Assembly: GCA_030704615.1 (NCBI GenBank)
Contig: CM060734.1
Coordinates: forward strand, 52,514,001 to 52,578,000
Length of the DNA: 64,000 nucleotides
Direction of reading: 5' to 3'
From: Takakia lepidozioides
Lineage: Eukaryota > Plantae > Bryophyta
The position numbers and the translations under genes are program-made. Below, one piece after another: positions 12,601 to 25,286 of this stretch; the stretch's first letter is position 1; every line of letters begins with the position of its first letter. The notes beneath the pieces are model-generated. The model was not told the DNA's origin and searched no databases. It was given only the letters and a program-made list of their open reading frames with translations.

Positions 12601-14319
12601 GTAGAGCAGCAGCAGTGAATTGTTGCTGCTGCAAGTTCAGGGCAGTAGGGACCAAGATAGGTATTTCAAACTTCTGTTGTTGCATGTGGATCCAGCTGTC
12701 TGTTGAATGGCCTTGGAAGCTCACTTGGCTCTGAAAGCTCTCTTTCATGCCAATTTCTTGCACTCTCACTGGCCACTGCCGTTGCATCTTCACATTGTCC
12801 TTCAGGTCTTCATCCCCAGAGAACTCATCCCTCTCCCTCTTGCCCTGCCATGGATTAAAAGAGTACATGTAAGAGCCTGAAATTCGGGTTTGCACAATTA
12901 TCTAGTGCGAACAAGCATGCACTGGGCTACAGCACAGCTCTTAAACTATTCTAGAGGGTGCTGCTTTCAAGGGTGCAGATCCATTATAGCATCAAGAGAA
13001 AGCTCAAAAGCCAACAAGCCCAAGATTTGCAGCAGAAATCAATGCCCCTCCCCTCTTTGGAGAGGTTGTGGCGGCAAAGGACCCAAGGAAATGCTACTTA
13101 TGACCCGGCTCATCAAAAGGGCCTACATTCCTTCCACAAAGAAAATCCACTAATCAATAGTGTAATTAAACCTGCCCATGAAGAAGAGTTATCTAGGGCA
13201 TGTCAATAACTTGTGCGTGACAGAGTGCCCAAGGCTGCTCAGTGCAACAAGTGGTCAACCTGCAGACAATGTAGGGCACCTCTTTTGATAACCCTAAACC
13301 ACAACAACCACATTAACTACCAGTGAAACTAAGTTCTGAGCAATGTGCCTGCCTTTCACTAACCAGGCCACAATGGAAACAATGAAGCTGTGTCCGAGTA
13401 TTCCCACTCTGTTGTCTCCAATGTAAATCCTCCATCATTCTGATACTCTTTGCTAGTTCACACATCCGATTCTTCGCAGATTTGCCTACAAAATGTGTTC
13501 GGTTCAACTCAAATATATTTGAAGACGGAGCCTTTCATATTTCAGTCTCGAGAAGACAACGACATCCTACATATAGACCATTTCGCAAACTACTGCACTG
13601 AGATTTCTCTGAGATTTGAGGAGGGATTTTCAACTAAGTGGTGGTGAGGTAGTAGGGCTTGATGCATGCAGACAGCAACAGGTAAACAGCATTCACCCGT
13701 CTTGCATTCAATCTGACGGGTGAATGCTGTGTACCTTTTAACTTCACTTGGTGGTTCTCCTATAGCATCACTTGGGCACACCCAACAACACAACAAAAAG
13801 CGTATCTTCTGCCTTTGTCTGTCTATGAATGGCTAGCAGGTGCAGCTCCAGATTATTGGAGAGAGGCAGAGAGAGGGAGAGAGGGGGCACCCACCATCCA
13901 ACCCCTGGCATGGCAGTCCCTTATGGAGCGAGTGTGGTATGCACTCACCCCCTAAGGGAGTGCATACCAGACCCAATTCTCATAAGGTATCTCCCTCTAC
14001 TTTGTAGTTCTATCCCTGGACTGCAATACCAAAGGTATAAAAACCTACACTCTCTGCATGCACAGCCCGGAATAGCTGGGCTGGCACAAAATGAGATCTC
14101 CAAAAGCTGAAGGTAGTGCACTATCTATGCCAGGCGCCTTACCAGCCCTCTCTCTCTCCCTCTCTCTCTATCATTTTTACCTGCTCACCTGCACTGAATA
14201 TTACAAGCACAAACTGATAACATTTGTGAGTGTCAATCCACGTAGTGGCCTCTTCCTCTTTCAAAGGGATGAAAAATAGATAAGTTTACCCCGACGGGAT
14301 TTTGCATGCCATCCTCCAT
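9646..14319 (-). CDS. ncARF: Non-canonical auxin response factor (ncARF): Q/P/S-rich middle region plus class-A-type PB1 domain, no B3 DNA-binding domain; exons 14319-14290 (tentative), 12844-12599, 12208-11759, 11353-10820, 10651-10467, 9772-9646
   Basis: The spliced PB1 reads RSYTK|[62 protein letters not shown]|[17 protein letters not shown]. Exon phases are consistent with canonical GT/AG sites. No B3/ARF-domain motif and no Aux/IAA GWPP degron was found upstream. The first exon is uncertain. Confidence 0.8.
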
Positions 14320-14338
14320 GGCAAGGCAGATTGATTCG

Positions 14339-14449
14339 TCAAGCTGATTCGTCGGGTTGGATGCGTGGCTCTGGGCTTGAACATGTCGAATTGCCCACAA
14401 GATACTTTGTGTAAACTCCTTCCATGCTTGCTGCTGCTTCTAGATCCAT
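14339..14449 (-). promoter_or_regulatory. Candidate upstream ORF (36 aa) in the ncARF 5' leader
   Basis: MDLEAAASMEG..PDESA* follows a splice acceptor (TGTTTTGCAG) and stops about 20 nt before the candidate main ATG at 14319. Confidence 0.35.
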
Positions 14450-17106
14450 CTCAATCAATGAACGAAAAAGGGAAAGGTGACCATAGAGCTGCAAAACACA
14501 CACACAGACACGCCCAGAGAAGAGACATAGGAGAGAGAGAGACCCACTAGCAGAGAAAGAACCGGAAGTAAACAAATTATGTTTTTCCCGGTAGACCCAA
14601 GGTCTCTGGGGAACGTGAGGTCTGAGAGAGCTCCGTTACACATAAAAGTGTTGAACAGGGAGCTGAGTTGAGTTCTCAAACAAGGCAAAACTATAAACAG
14701 GTGTGCGGATCTCTAGAACATCCGATTGCAAAAGATTACGATCAGAGGGTGCGTGGCTTCTTGTCAGGGAGAAAGAGTAACCAGAACAGGATGCTGAATG
14801 TCAAGGGACGCACTGCGAGAGCACACGAACGGCAGGTAAGTTAGCCATATCCAGACTCTGTGTCAGAGCCTGCATATATTCATCTTCTCCCAGTTGGGGA
14901 TCGGACACGAAGAGAGTGCACCAGCCGAAACATCCATGGCCGAAACATATGCGGGTAATTCAGTATCCTCTCTCCCATGGAAAAGGCAGGTATACGGCTA
15001 CCGAAGTCATCATTCAAGATGCGCATGTGTCATACATAGCCAAAAAGAGAGAGATCGAACTAAACGAGCATGCGGATAAGACAGACACACATGACACCTC
15101 ACAACTCACGACCTATTGCACTTGCAACTCCATACTGCTGGAGCCAGCTCGCGTGCCGCTGCTTGCAGGAAATTCAAGCAATGGGGGAAGTCTAAGAGAA
15201 AAGAAAGCAACCGCAAAGCCATCATCCCAGCACAGCCACCCAATTCGAACTTACTACTTGTCCAGCCACCACGACATGTCTCTCACTCATCACTCTCACT
15301 CTCTCCCTGAAAGCGAAAGCTTTGGATGGCATCTTCATGCGCACGGGGCTTGGCGACGGCTGCCGACAGCCTCCACCCGCGTGCGAGACACTCTGCCTTC
15401 TATACCTCTCGACATTGACGGCGAAAGAGCGTGGCAGCAGCAGCGTACTGCAGAGAAGAAAGAGAGAGAGTGTTTGCTGTGCAGACAGCCGCCGCCACAG
15501 AGCCTCGTGATTGGCAGTGTGCCCACCACCTTTCCTGTCACACTCTACTTAACTCTACGCAGAATCATTAGTATTAATCCCATCATTCCCATTATTATTA
15601 ACCCCATTAAGCATCATTCTCACGACTAATATTTGCTGCTAATCAGACTATTATTAAAAAGGCAGAGTCGACATGAGGAGAGCGAGCAGCCGCCCTGCGG
15701 CCCGCCTGCCGCGGCACCGGCCGCGGCCGTCCGCGCGGGCCCAATGGACAGTCGCGGATCTCATGCTTAACGGTCGCCTTGTGTCCTGCTGGACGGTGGG
15801 CCTGGTGGGGCTGACAGAATGGTCCAGAGTCCAGAGCAATGTTTAATGACAGAGATGGGCGTGGTGACTTCAGCTTTTCCGGGCATTCAGATAGGGCCTG
15901 GAGGCTCTGATTTTGTGTGGCCTGATCGTCGTAACGAGGATGTTGTTGACTGGTTTACAAACTGTTCGGAGAAGAGGATCATTGGGCCAGAAAGTCTTGC
16001 CCGTCTTTGGGTTGGGGCTGCTCTTAATTTTTAGAGAGGGGAAAAGTAGCGGTGATCGTCTGTTTAGAGGATCTGAGGATCTTTGTAATGGTAATGAGCA
16101 GAAGTTTGGTCGTACAGCTGGAAATGGTCCTTTTGTCCTTTAGCGTTCATTATACATTTATCCATCGGTCTGATGGTTAACCACCATGGTGGTGTGTGTG
16201 GCCTCTGAATTTTGTGGACAGTGCAGAATTCAGAAAACTGGGAGATGGGTTGAGAAGAAAAGAAAGTTCACGAGTTCCAAGTGTTTGAACCCGATACTGG
16301 CTGTTTCCGGGAGCAATTTCGGCAGGGAGAGAGTACGGTGAAATGGGTCAAGAATGTGAATTAGAGATGCTCATGTGGGTCCGGAGTGGTGGGGCTGGAT
16401 GCCAGGCCATAATACGGTCCCAAGCTAATTCTTACCTGGAGTTTCAATCACCTTTAGTTGACAGCGTCAGCAGGTGGGTTCAGGTTCAGAAGGATGAGAG
16501 AGACAACGATCTTCTGTACATGATAGTGAACCAGAGACATGGTGGTCTTTGCACACGAGTACTTTCATTGATTTACTCCACGAAGTTCCTTGGCACCAAC
16601 GGTAAATCCAAACAAAGCCTACGTAGTTGTACAAATGTACAATGTGCCCGGCTCCGGCAATCCCCACGCCGCGTCCCTTCCCTCTACAGTTTCCAGAGTA
16701 TCGGTCGCCATGGCTCCGCAAATTAAAGCCTTCCAAGAAAACCATGTCAGCTGCCCAATTAAATAAGCTTAAAATGGAAGCAGCCAGTCAGCCTTCAACG
16801 AGTCGTTTGTTGAAGGGCAGTACTTACCCAAAACGAATCAAAAAAACAAATCCCACAGATCCAGAATAACGAGTGCTACGGTGCTACCGGATGTGTATAT
16901 TACGCCACAATTAAGCTTTACTCATGAAGGCCCAAGGATCGAATGGACCAGTACAAGTAAAGTGCCAAAATTTATTTATGTGCACTCTTCTTTCTGACGA
17001 GAAATGTGACATGCTTTGAACTTCGACAAAGAGAATCTTAAGCATATATATGTGGATTCAAGCGAGCCCCAGAGATAGCCTCTTGACACTCGTTGCATAA
17101 CATGAA

Positions 17107-20100
17107 TATTGTTTGTGAGAAGTAGTTGGCAACACTTTCCACATGCAAGCTCAAGAAAGATACACATCTACTAGACACAAAAACTTGTGAGAGCACCTTA
17201 CAAGCATAGTATCATAAAGACTAGAACAATATTAGTGACCATGGGAAAATATACACTGGCTGACACAACGTGCTCATGCGAATCTAGTGACCCACACACT
17301 CAGCTTCATTACAGTGTCACTACAACAGTAAACCTTAGGACCAAGGTATGTACTGGCCTCACACATTTGCAACAACGTTCAAACACATGAGGGCTAAAAG
17401 AGAGCAGAGCCCATTGCTCTCAATGCTTAAGTAACCAGCACTGTAGTTACTAGTAACTACAGTGTCAAGAAGGATGACTCCAGTGTAATCTTGATGAGTT
17501 CTCTAGAGCCAAAACTCCCACTCACTGAGTCAATCCTTTTGTGAAATAAAAAATGAAGAAATCACACACTTGTGAGACCAATCAGACATCTCATTTGCTG
17601 AAACTTCTCGGTCGTGAGCGCTTTCGTCAGGATATCAGTTCGCTGGTTTTCTGTGTTCACATAAATCATGTTGATAGTTCCAATCAGCTGGTGCTCTCGA
17701 ATCAGATGGTACGAGATGTCAACGTGCTTTGTTCGGCGGTGGTACTCAGGATTGTGTACCAAACGAATGGCGGACTAGTTGTCACAATGCAATGGGGTAG
17801 GTCCACCCTGCACACAACCAATGGATTGGAGCAAACTGCGCATCCATATCACTTCTTTGGTGGCTGCGCTTGCAGCAATATACTCCACTTCTGTTGTACT
17901 GGTCGCTGTGCAGGTTTGTTTGCGGTTCATCCAAGCTATTGGTCCTCCATTGAGGAACAGATGCCAGTCCTGGACTTACGGTCATTTAAGTCCCCGACAT
18001 AGTCTGCATCACAGTAGCATATCAGATGGTTTATGTCAGGGCAAGATTTGGGACTCCTTTGAAGTATCTCATGATTCTGGAGACGGCTTGACGATGTGCT
18101 TTCTTCGGGTCAGAGCTATATTTGGCAGAACTGCCTATAGCATATGAGCTGTCTGGTCTAGTGCCGATGAAGGCGAACTGTAGGCTTCCAATGATCTCCT
18201 TGAATGGGAACTTGACATGTATTTCTTCGTCTCTCCGGCTGATCTCGTCGAGGCGGCTGTTTGAGTCTGCAGGTATAGTCATGGCATGACTATCGTCATA
18301 TCCATACTTGTGCAGCTTCTTCATGATATATCTGGTCTGATCAACCTTCAGAATCTTCTTGGGGCGGTCTCTTGTGATGTGTAATCCCACATAGACTTCG
18401 GCATCTCCTCTGGTGATTTTGAAAGCTCCAGTCATATATTCGAGGATGTCATCGGCAGCTTTGGAACCTTCTGTGCATATGAGACCATCATCTACAAAAA
18501 TCGTGAGGATGATGATTGGGTCAATGGCACGGTAATAGACACATGGGTTAGGAGGGCTGGCTACAAAACCGTAGGTCTTCAAGAACTCATCGAACCGCTT
18601 GTTCCACATACGGCTTGACTTCTTTAGCCTGTAAAGAGCTTTTATGAGTTTGCATACGGCCTTAGGATTTTCTGCATTCTCAAAACCTAATTGCTGCTCC
18701 ATGTAGGTTTCTTCATCGATGTTTCCATATAGGAACGCTATTCGAATGTCAAACTGTGTGATATTCAGATCCTTCATGGTTGCAATGGATAGAACAGCTC
18801 TAATTGAATCAAACTTCGCTACTGGCGAGAATGTCTTGGTGTAATCCACTCCAGCTTTCTGGGAGTAGCCTCGTGCACAAAGCCTGGCCTTGAATCTGTC
18901 GACCTCCCCTTCTGCATTGTATTTTAATTTATAAACTCACTTGTAGGTGATCTTCTTTCTTCCAGGGGGCAGGTCTGTGAGTACCCAAGTCTCGTTCTTC
19001 ATAAAGAAACAATACTCATCATACATCGCCTCCAGCCACTTTTCTCTATCTTTCGAGTTCATAGCTTCATAGAAACTCTCGGGCTCTTCTTGTGTGCTGT
19101 GCTCGTATTCAGCAATACATGCTCTTGTCTTTCCAGGGTAGAACTAGTCATCATAGAGGTCTGGTTTCCTTCTGATTCGAGGCCCTAACTCCTCAGTAGT
19201 TGTCATATCATTCCCAGATGTCTGCCTTGTGGCTGGATTAAGAACGCTCCCTACGGCTTCCATTTGCTCAATGTATGTGTCATCTAGGATCTCCCACTGG
19301 TTGGCAAGCTGCTCGGGTTCTTGTGAGCTTGGCCTACTTCCTTCAGGTTGACTCTTACCCAAAGAAATGATCTCCTAGTTTTCTTCTGGTTTTGAAGCTG
19401 ACAATTGAATTTCCATTGTAGCAGGTACTTGCACTCCCACTGCCACTGCCATCGGTACTACTGGAGACATGTCTTCATCAAACTCAATGACATGGCTGGC
19501 TGCCCAGGTGTCTCTATCTGGAGACACTCCAGACATATTGTCTTCGTTGAACACAACATCGCGACTTTCATGAATCTTTTGCTTATCGTTTAGCCACACA
19601 CGATACTTGCTGGTTGGACTGCAACCCATAAAGACTCCCTCCACACTTTTGACATGTAACTTCTTTCGAAGTTCTCTCGGAACGTGAACGTATGCATCAT
19701 AGCCAAAAACTCTCATATGGATTACATATGGTTTTTGCTTGGTCCATATTTCAAATGGTGTCGTTTCCTTCAAAGTGTGTGTTTCAGTGCAGTTGAGTGT
19801 ATACACCGCTGTCTGGGCTGCTTCTCCCCAAAATCTTGGGTGCACTCCACTGTCATATATCATGCTTCGAACTAATTCAACGATGGTTCTGTTCTCTCTT
19901 TCTGCAGCCCCGTTCTGTTCCGGTGTATATGCTGTTGTGAATTCTTGCTTCACACCAATGTCTCCAAGATAGGCTTGGAACTCTTTTCAAATGAATTCAC
20001 CGCTTCTGTCTGATTTGAGTGTCTCAACACTGTGTCCAGCCTCTCTCTTCATCAGTGCGACATAATTCTTGAAGCATGTCAACGCCTCTGACTTCTTTGA

Positions 20101-22254
20101 AATGTTGTATAGGACCCTGTAGGATGAGTGATCGTCTTTGAAGATTATGAAATAGCTGGCCCCTCCCACTAACTTGGTGCTGAAAGGGCCACAGAGGTCG
20201 GTGTGCACTATACCTCCTATCTGTGATGCTCTAACTCGTATCTCCTTCTTCGGGAAAGAACTTCGCTTGGCCTTCCCGAAGATACATCCTTCACAAAACT
20301 TTGCCTCCTTCTTACTTGTCAGTATCAAGCCATCTACCACATCTTCCGTTGCCATGCGTTGTATCGTCTGACAGTTGACATGACAAAATCTTCGATGCCA
20401 TACCTCAAGACTCTTGGTTGCTTCACCTTTTGTTTCTCCGACAAATGACCCCACAGACGATCGAAAAACCTCCTTCTTGGTGTCTGCGATGTACACTTTG
20501 TGTTTCGGTGGCTGTGGGCTTATGTGCAAATGCCACATATCATCAACTGCAGTCCTTTGCATGACAATCGCTCCATCATAAATCAGATAACATGCAGTCA
20601 AGGTATACATGGTGGTGCAACATGCTTTGATCGCTCTTCTAATCGAGAAGAGACTTCTCCCAAGGCAAGGAAAGTGTAGGACATTTTTCATGTTTCACCA
20701 ATCTTGATGAGGACGTCAATGTCTCCAACTCCGGCCATTAGAAACTCAGAGTTGCCCACTCCATGAACCATCTCTTGATCCTTCGATGTGTCACGATAAT
20801 TCTTGAACCACTCACCGTGCTCAGTCATGTGTTGGGTGCATCCAGTGTCTGAGATCCATGCATCTCGATGCTCCTCCTTGGCCAGCTTGAGATTGGCCAT
20901 GCATGCCTTGAAAGATCCACCAGTCTTTGGCTGTTCTTTCTTTCTTTCTCCTTCTGACATTCTCTTGCCTAGTGTCCTGGTTCACCATAGTTGTAGCAAA
21001 CAGTAGTATCCTTCAAAATTTCAATCTCTGCCTTTCTTGCTTCTCTCTGTTCTTGGGTCAAATATGGGCGGTTGGCTGCACCGCTCGACGTTGATCCAGT
21101 TGTCTTGGCCACGAAAACCGTCACTGCCTCTTCTTCAGACGTCGGCTTCGATCTGCTCTCCTCAGTCAGAAGTCGAAGCGTCAAAAGGTCAAGATCCTTC
21201 GTTGGACCTTCATGGACAGTGTCCGAAGCTGATCTGAAATGTTTCAAATGGGATGGCAGGTTGTACAAGACCTTGGCAATCACAGCTGAATCATCGAAGC
21301 TATTGTTGTTCATGCCTCTGAGCTGCTTGATCACCATCTCGATTCGTCCAAGAAAATCAGCTATGTCCTCCCCCTCCTCGATTTTGCATTTGAAAAAACT
21401 CTCCTGTAGCTAATGGATGTTCTCAATAGCTCTCATCTCATGTATCAACGTGAGCTTCTTCCAAAAGGCAAAGGAAGTATCACAGCTCATCAAGTTCTTT
21501 AGCAGTCTTCTGTCAACGGCTTGACAAAGTATTCCAAGCGCCTGACTATCTTTCTTGTCCATGCAGCTATCTCGGCAGGAGTGGCTGGGACTACGTTATC
21601 CCCAACTGGCTCTCGAACTACCGTCCCGTACACTATACCCCACAACTCTTTGCCACGAAAAATGGCTCTCATTTGGTATTTCCACATGGCAAAACCCTCA
21701 CCATTAAAACGCTCAATGTTACTAAGCTCCTTCCCCTGATCTATCGGATCTCTCTCTTCCCAACTAAAAACAACATAAATGAACTGAGACTAAGCTTTAG
21801 GATGATATCTAAAGATAGCTAAACGCACAAAGATACGAAACGTGGGCCCATAACATATTGTTTGTGAGAAGTACTTGGCAACACTTTCCATATGCAAGCT
21901 CAAGAAAGATACACATCTACTAGACACAAAGACTTGTGTCAGCACCTTACAAGCATAGTATCATAAAGACTAGAACAATATTAGTGACCATGGGAAAATA
22001 TACACGGGCTGACACAGCCTGCTCATGCTAATCTAGTGACCCACACACTCAGCTTCATTACAGTGTCACTACAACAGTAAACCTTAGGACCAAGGTATGT
22101 ACTGGCCTCACACATCTGCAACAGCGTACAAACACATGAGGGCTAAAAGAGAGCAGAGCCCATTGCTCTCAATGCTTAAGTAACTAGCACTGTAGTTACT
22201 AGTGTCAAGAAGGATGACTCGAGTGTAATCTTGATGAGTTCTCTACAACCAAAA
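17107..22254 (-). mobile_element. Full-length degenerate Ty1/copia LTR retrotransposon (LTRs 21856-22254 and 17107-17514; TSD ATGAA)
   Basis: About 400-bp direct LTRs; ATGAA at 17102-17106 and 22255-22259; PBS TGTTATGGGCCCACG at 21855-21841; PPT TGAGTGGGAG at 17524-17515. Frameshifted gag-PR (WISDTGCT)-INT (WHRRFCH, HTDLCGP, PEQNGAAER)-RT (IFVDD)-RNase H (HRRTKHVD) in copia order. Confidence 0.95.
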
Positions 22255-22446
22255 ATGAATCGCTAGCTGAAAGTGACAAGAAGGTTTGTCCACTTAGGCG
22301 CTTTTAAATTATAACCTGATTCTAACAAATAGTAACTGCTGACTACGTACGGATGCACATCAATTGTACATGCCATAACTTGGGCAGCACTCGAAAGCAA
22401 CAAGAAGGGAGCTGCGTTAGAACTTAGAACAGGTCACAGCATGCAG

Positions 22447-22584
22447 CTGTGAGTGGGTAGAGGGTGTTCGACAGACGCTGGCAAGGGAGGGAAGGGTGCC
22501 TGTGAGTGGGTAGAGGGTGTTCGACAGACGCTGGCAAGGGAGGGAAGGGTGGCTGGCCGCTGCTTAGCTCTGTCGAACACCCTA
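22447..22584. repeat. 53-bp tandem duplication with a downstream 15-bp inverted copy
   Basis: CTGTGAGTGGGTAGAGGGTGTTCGACAGACGCTGGCAAGGGAGGGAAGGGTG occurs twice, followed by TCTGTCGAACACCCT, the reverse complement of part of the unit. Confidence 0.85.
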
Positions 22585-24872
22585 GGTTCTGTCAGGAGCT
22601 GCATACACAACTGGAACAAGCGCCCACATTGTACGTAGTTTACAGAGTTGATCGTCTGGATGATTCTAAGAAATTGTAACATCATCTGACATGTATAAGC
22701 TCAAAAAGTGGGAGAAAACGATGGATTTGAAGTAATGGGGATTAAAAGTAAGTTGGAGTAATGGTCTAGCTCCAGTGACGTGGTTTTTCCCGATAAACAA
22801 TATGCTCTATCGGTCCAGTTCAGGTCAGGTCTCCAGTACTTCCGATCGGAAGGAGACCGAGGCCATACTACTAAATCAGAATTTTCCACAAATGGATCGG
22901 GATGCACCTAGTCATAACTAGAAGCTAGCATCTCCTGAGGGCTATGCAAATCAAACATATATTCTGGACAGTATGAGGCCTGAGTATGAACTTTCAAATT
23001 ATAGGTGTTTTACCATGACGTATGTACATCGTCTCCTTTTGTACAGCAGCTGTCCATCCATTGGATCACCAGGTGAAGTCACCGAATATTGCTCAGAACC
23101 ACTTTATATATTGCAATACCCTGTGGGATTATGAGCATAAGTACTCAGTGCCCCTCCAATTAAGAGCGGGCAATCCGTGGCAGGTTTTAGTGGCCGGAAC
23201 AATTTGGGTTCACTTCAGCTACATTCCAAAACTGCCTACAATCAAACTCCAATGTTGGTAGTGTTGCCTGGCACACTCGTCAGAAATTTCAACAGTCTAT
23301 ATATCTCATCCATATGCCCCCTTTTGTCTGAGTAATGTCGATTTCACTGACTTAGCATTCCCTAAATATATATTCTAGATATCGTGGCAGTAGTCGTATC
23401 GAGTATAAGGCAGCCTTTGTATCTGCCTTCGACCTCCAGCCTCCAGGGTTCCCTTTGCATACCAACCAGTAGGTCCGTCTTGGACTGCGGGGTCATAGAC
23501 TGTAGAATCAAGACCAATATCGTGTAAGAAGAGTACAGCATCCTAGCGGGGTATAAACAGCCAGGACGGTCATGGCCATAGTTTGGTCTCGCCTCCCGAG
23601 ACACTTAATCACAGTTGCCCTTCTCACCTCCATAACTTCGGTTCGCTTCATTGCTGGTGTTACCACTGAAAATTTCCATAGGTCTAGGGTTTCTCCTACT
23701 CTTTCTTCGACATGGGTCGAACGTTGATCTTCCTGTTGCTGGTTGTGTGATGGCTCAACCTATGCCTACGCTTATATTCCTCTTCACGGGCCATTAATCT
23801 TGGTGCAGTATGGTGTAGAGCTCTGGATGAGAGTACATTACCCTAGGTAGACGTGGTAGCTTTCCATTGTTCCCTTGTCTTTATGCAAGTTTAAGTTTCT
23901 TTTTCTGCGCTATATCTTTGTCTAGAGAGTTTCCATCCCCATTAGTGATTCGACACCACCGGGAATATGCTTCTAGAATGTGTACCTGGTTGAAATTTTT
24001 ATTGCTTCTCCCTCAACAAGGAGGACCCCATATATGTCGGAGCCACTACAATAGCTATGGGTTTTCCATGTAAACTGGCAATACTATAGGCTCTCTAGCA
24101 TTTCCTCTAAGAATGCGAGATAATTAGGATAGAAGTTGACCTAGGAAAAAGAGCTCTTAGCTATTCTAAGAGCTCTGTTCTCTAGCTTTTTTTTGAAAAA
24201 GGTCAAATAACTACTATGCAAGTTGATAGTCTAGGAAAGACAGCTCACATTTAAATCAGGGAGATACTTCAAAGGAGAGGATTGATCCCAATAGTAGAGG
24301 GGGAGGACGGGGAAGAGAATCTTTTATGTCATGTTGCTATAATTAATTCTCACTAGACTATCCATTAACTAAGGACCTTGCATGTATGGAAAGGTGGCAA
24401 ATATGACAATCCAAATGGACCCTTACACAGAAATCGGTTGCATCCAGAGTAGGTAAGACAAATTATATCAAGCTCAACCATGTGCAAGAATCAATTAATC
24501 AAGTAAAGACCATGCTGAACTCAGTTTTATTTCAGAGTTTTATTTGCAAGATTTCCAGATCGAAAGCAGGTACACATTATACTAGTGTTAAGCTACACAA
24601 AGCTAATCAACTTCATTATTTTTGGTGTAACATGAAGTAGTGATTGTAGTCCTTGTTGTAGCTTCCGTTGTCCTCCTATAGAGTCATTCCTGCACATCAC
24701 AGGTTCGTTTGAATTAGCTACATTAGATGTATCCCAAATCATCAAACTTTAGACTAATAATGTACTGGCGAGGTACTGGCCATAGATATGTAAGGACAAC
24801 CCTTACTAACCTAAGCTGGATTGATACCCTAGTTCTACCAATGTGACTTCAGGGATGTTGAAAAGACGAACC

Positions 24873-25286
24873 TTAGAGGTGAGTGCCCCATTTATAGTAG
24901 AAAGCTTCAGTTAGCAAGTGAATGCCATCACCCTGAACGCTCCAATCGCAGGAATGGCAATACGGCATTGTTTGACCACCCCGCGGGTAGGAGCCACCTA
25001 CCCATACAGGAAAATGAGTCTGGGGATAGCCGGCCGCCTGAAAATCACATGCAAACAAAGTCGTTCCCCAGAAATTCTCAGTGAAAGAAAAACCCCAACT
25101 GCGCCCTGGGAAAATCGTTTTCCATCCCAAGTCATTATCTCTGGAGGCGCAATGGACTTCAAGATTCTCCCTCAGGTTGTTGAATATGGTGGTGTCATCA
25201 CAATGTACCTGCCCCACCGCCAGCATCATCACCATGAACACAATAACCATGTGGACCACCCCGGCATTCACCTTCAACCCACCCAT
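24873..25286 (-). CDS. S-protein homologue (SPH, Self-incomp_S1 family), subtype A, 137 aa, secreted
   Basis: Hydrophobic signal peptide ending GQVHC/DD; motifs N.L...VHCASRDNDLGW, FSFTENFWGTTLFACDF, FPVW, CxxCxWSV..DGI and terminal YKW. Intronless. TATA-like TATATGAA near 25443. Confidence 0.9.
   Translation of the reverse strand: MGGLKVNAGVVHMVIVFMVMMLAVGQVHCDDTTIFNNLRENLEVHCASRDNDLGWKTIFPGRSWGFSFTENFWGTTLFACDFQAAGYPQTHFPVWVGGSYPRGGQTMPYCHSCDWSVQGDGIHLLTEAFYYKWGTHL

Noticed and set aside
13345-13365. Resemblance to a moss miR1219-type ARF target site (VSERQ)
   Set aside because: Only about 15 of 21 positions match a sequence recalled from memory, and no supported exon covers it; likely chance.
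14916-15629. 237-aa plus-strand ORF
   Set aside because: Low-complexity sequence antisense to the probable ncARF leader/promoter, with no recognisable domain and a non-ATG start.
16140-16900. Short ORFs upstream of the first copia, and the 46593-46943 ORF
   Set aside because: No recognisable motifs or splice structure; probably decayed TE or captured fragments that cannot be assigned.
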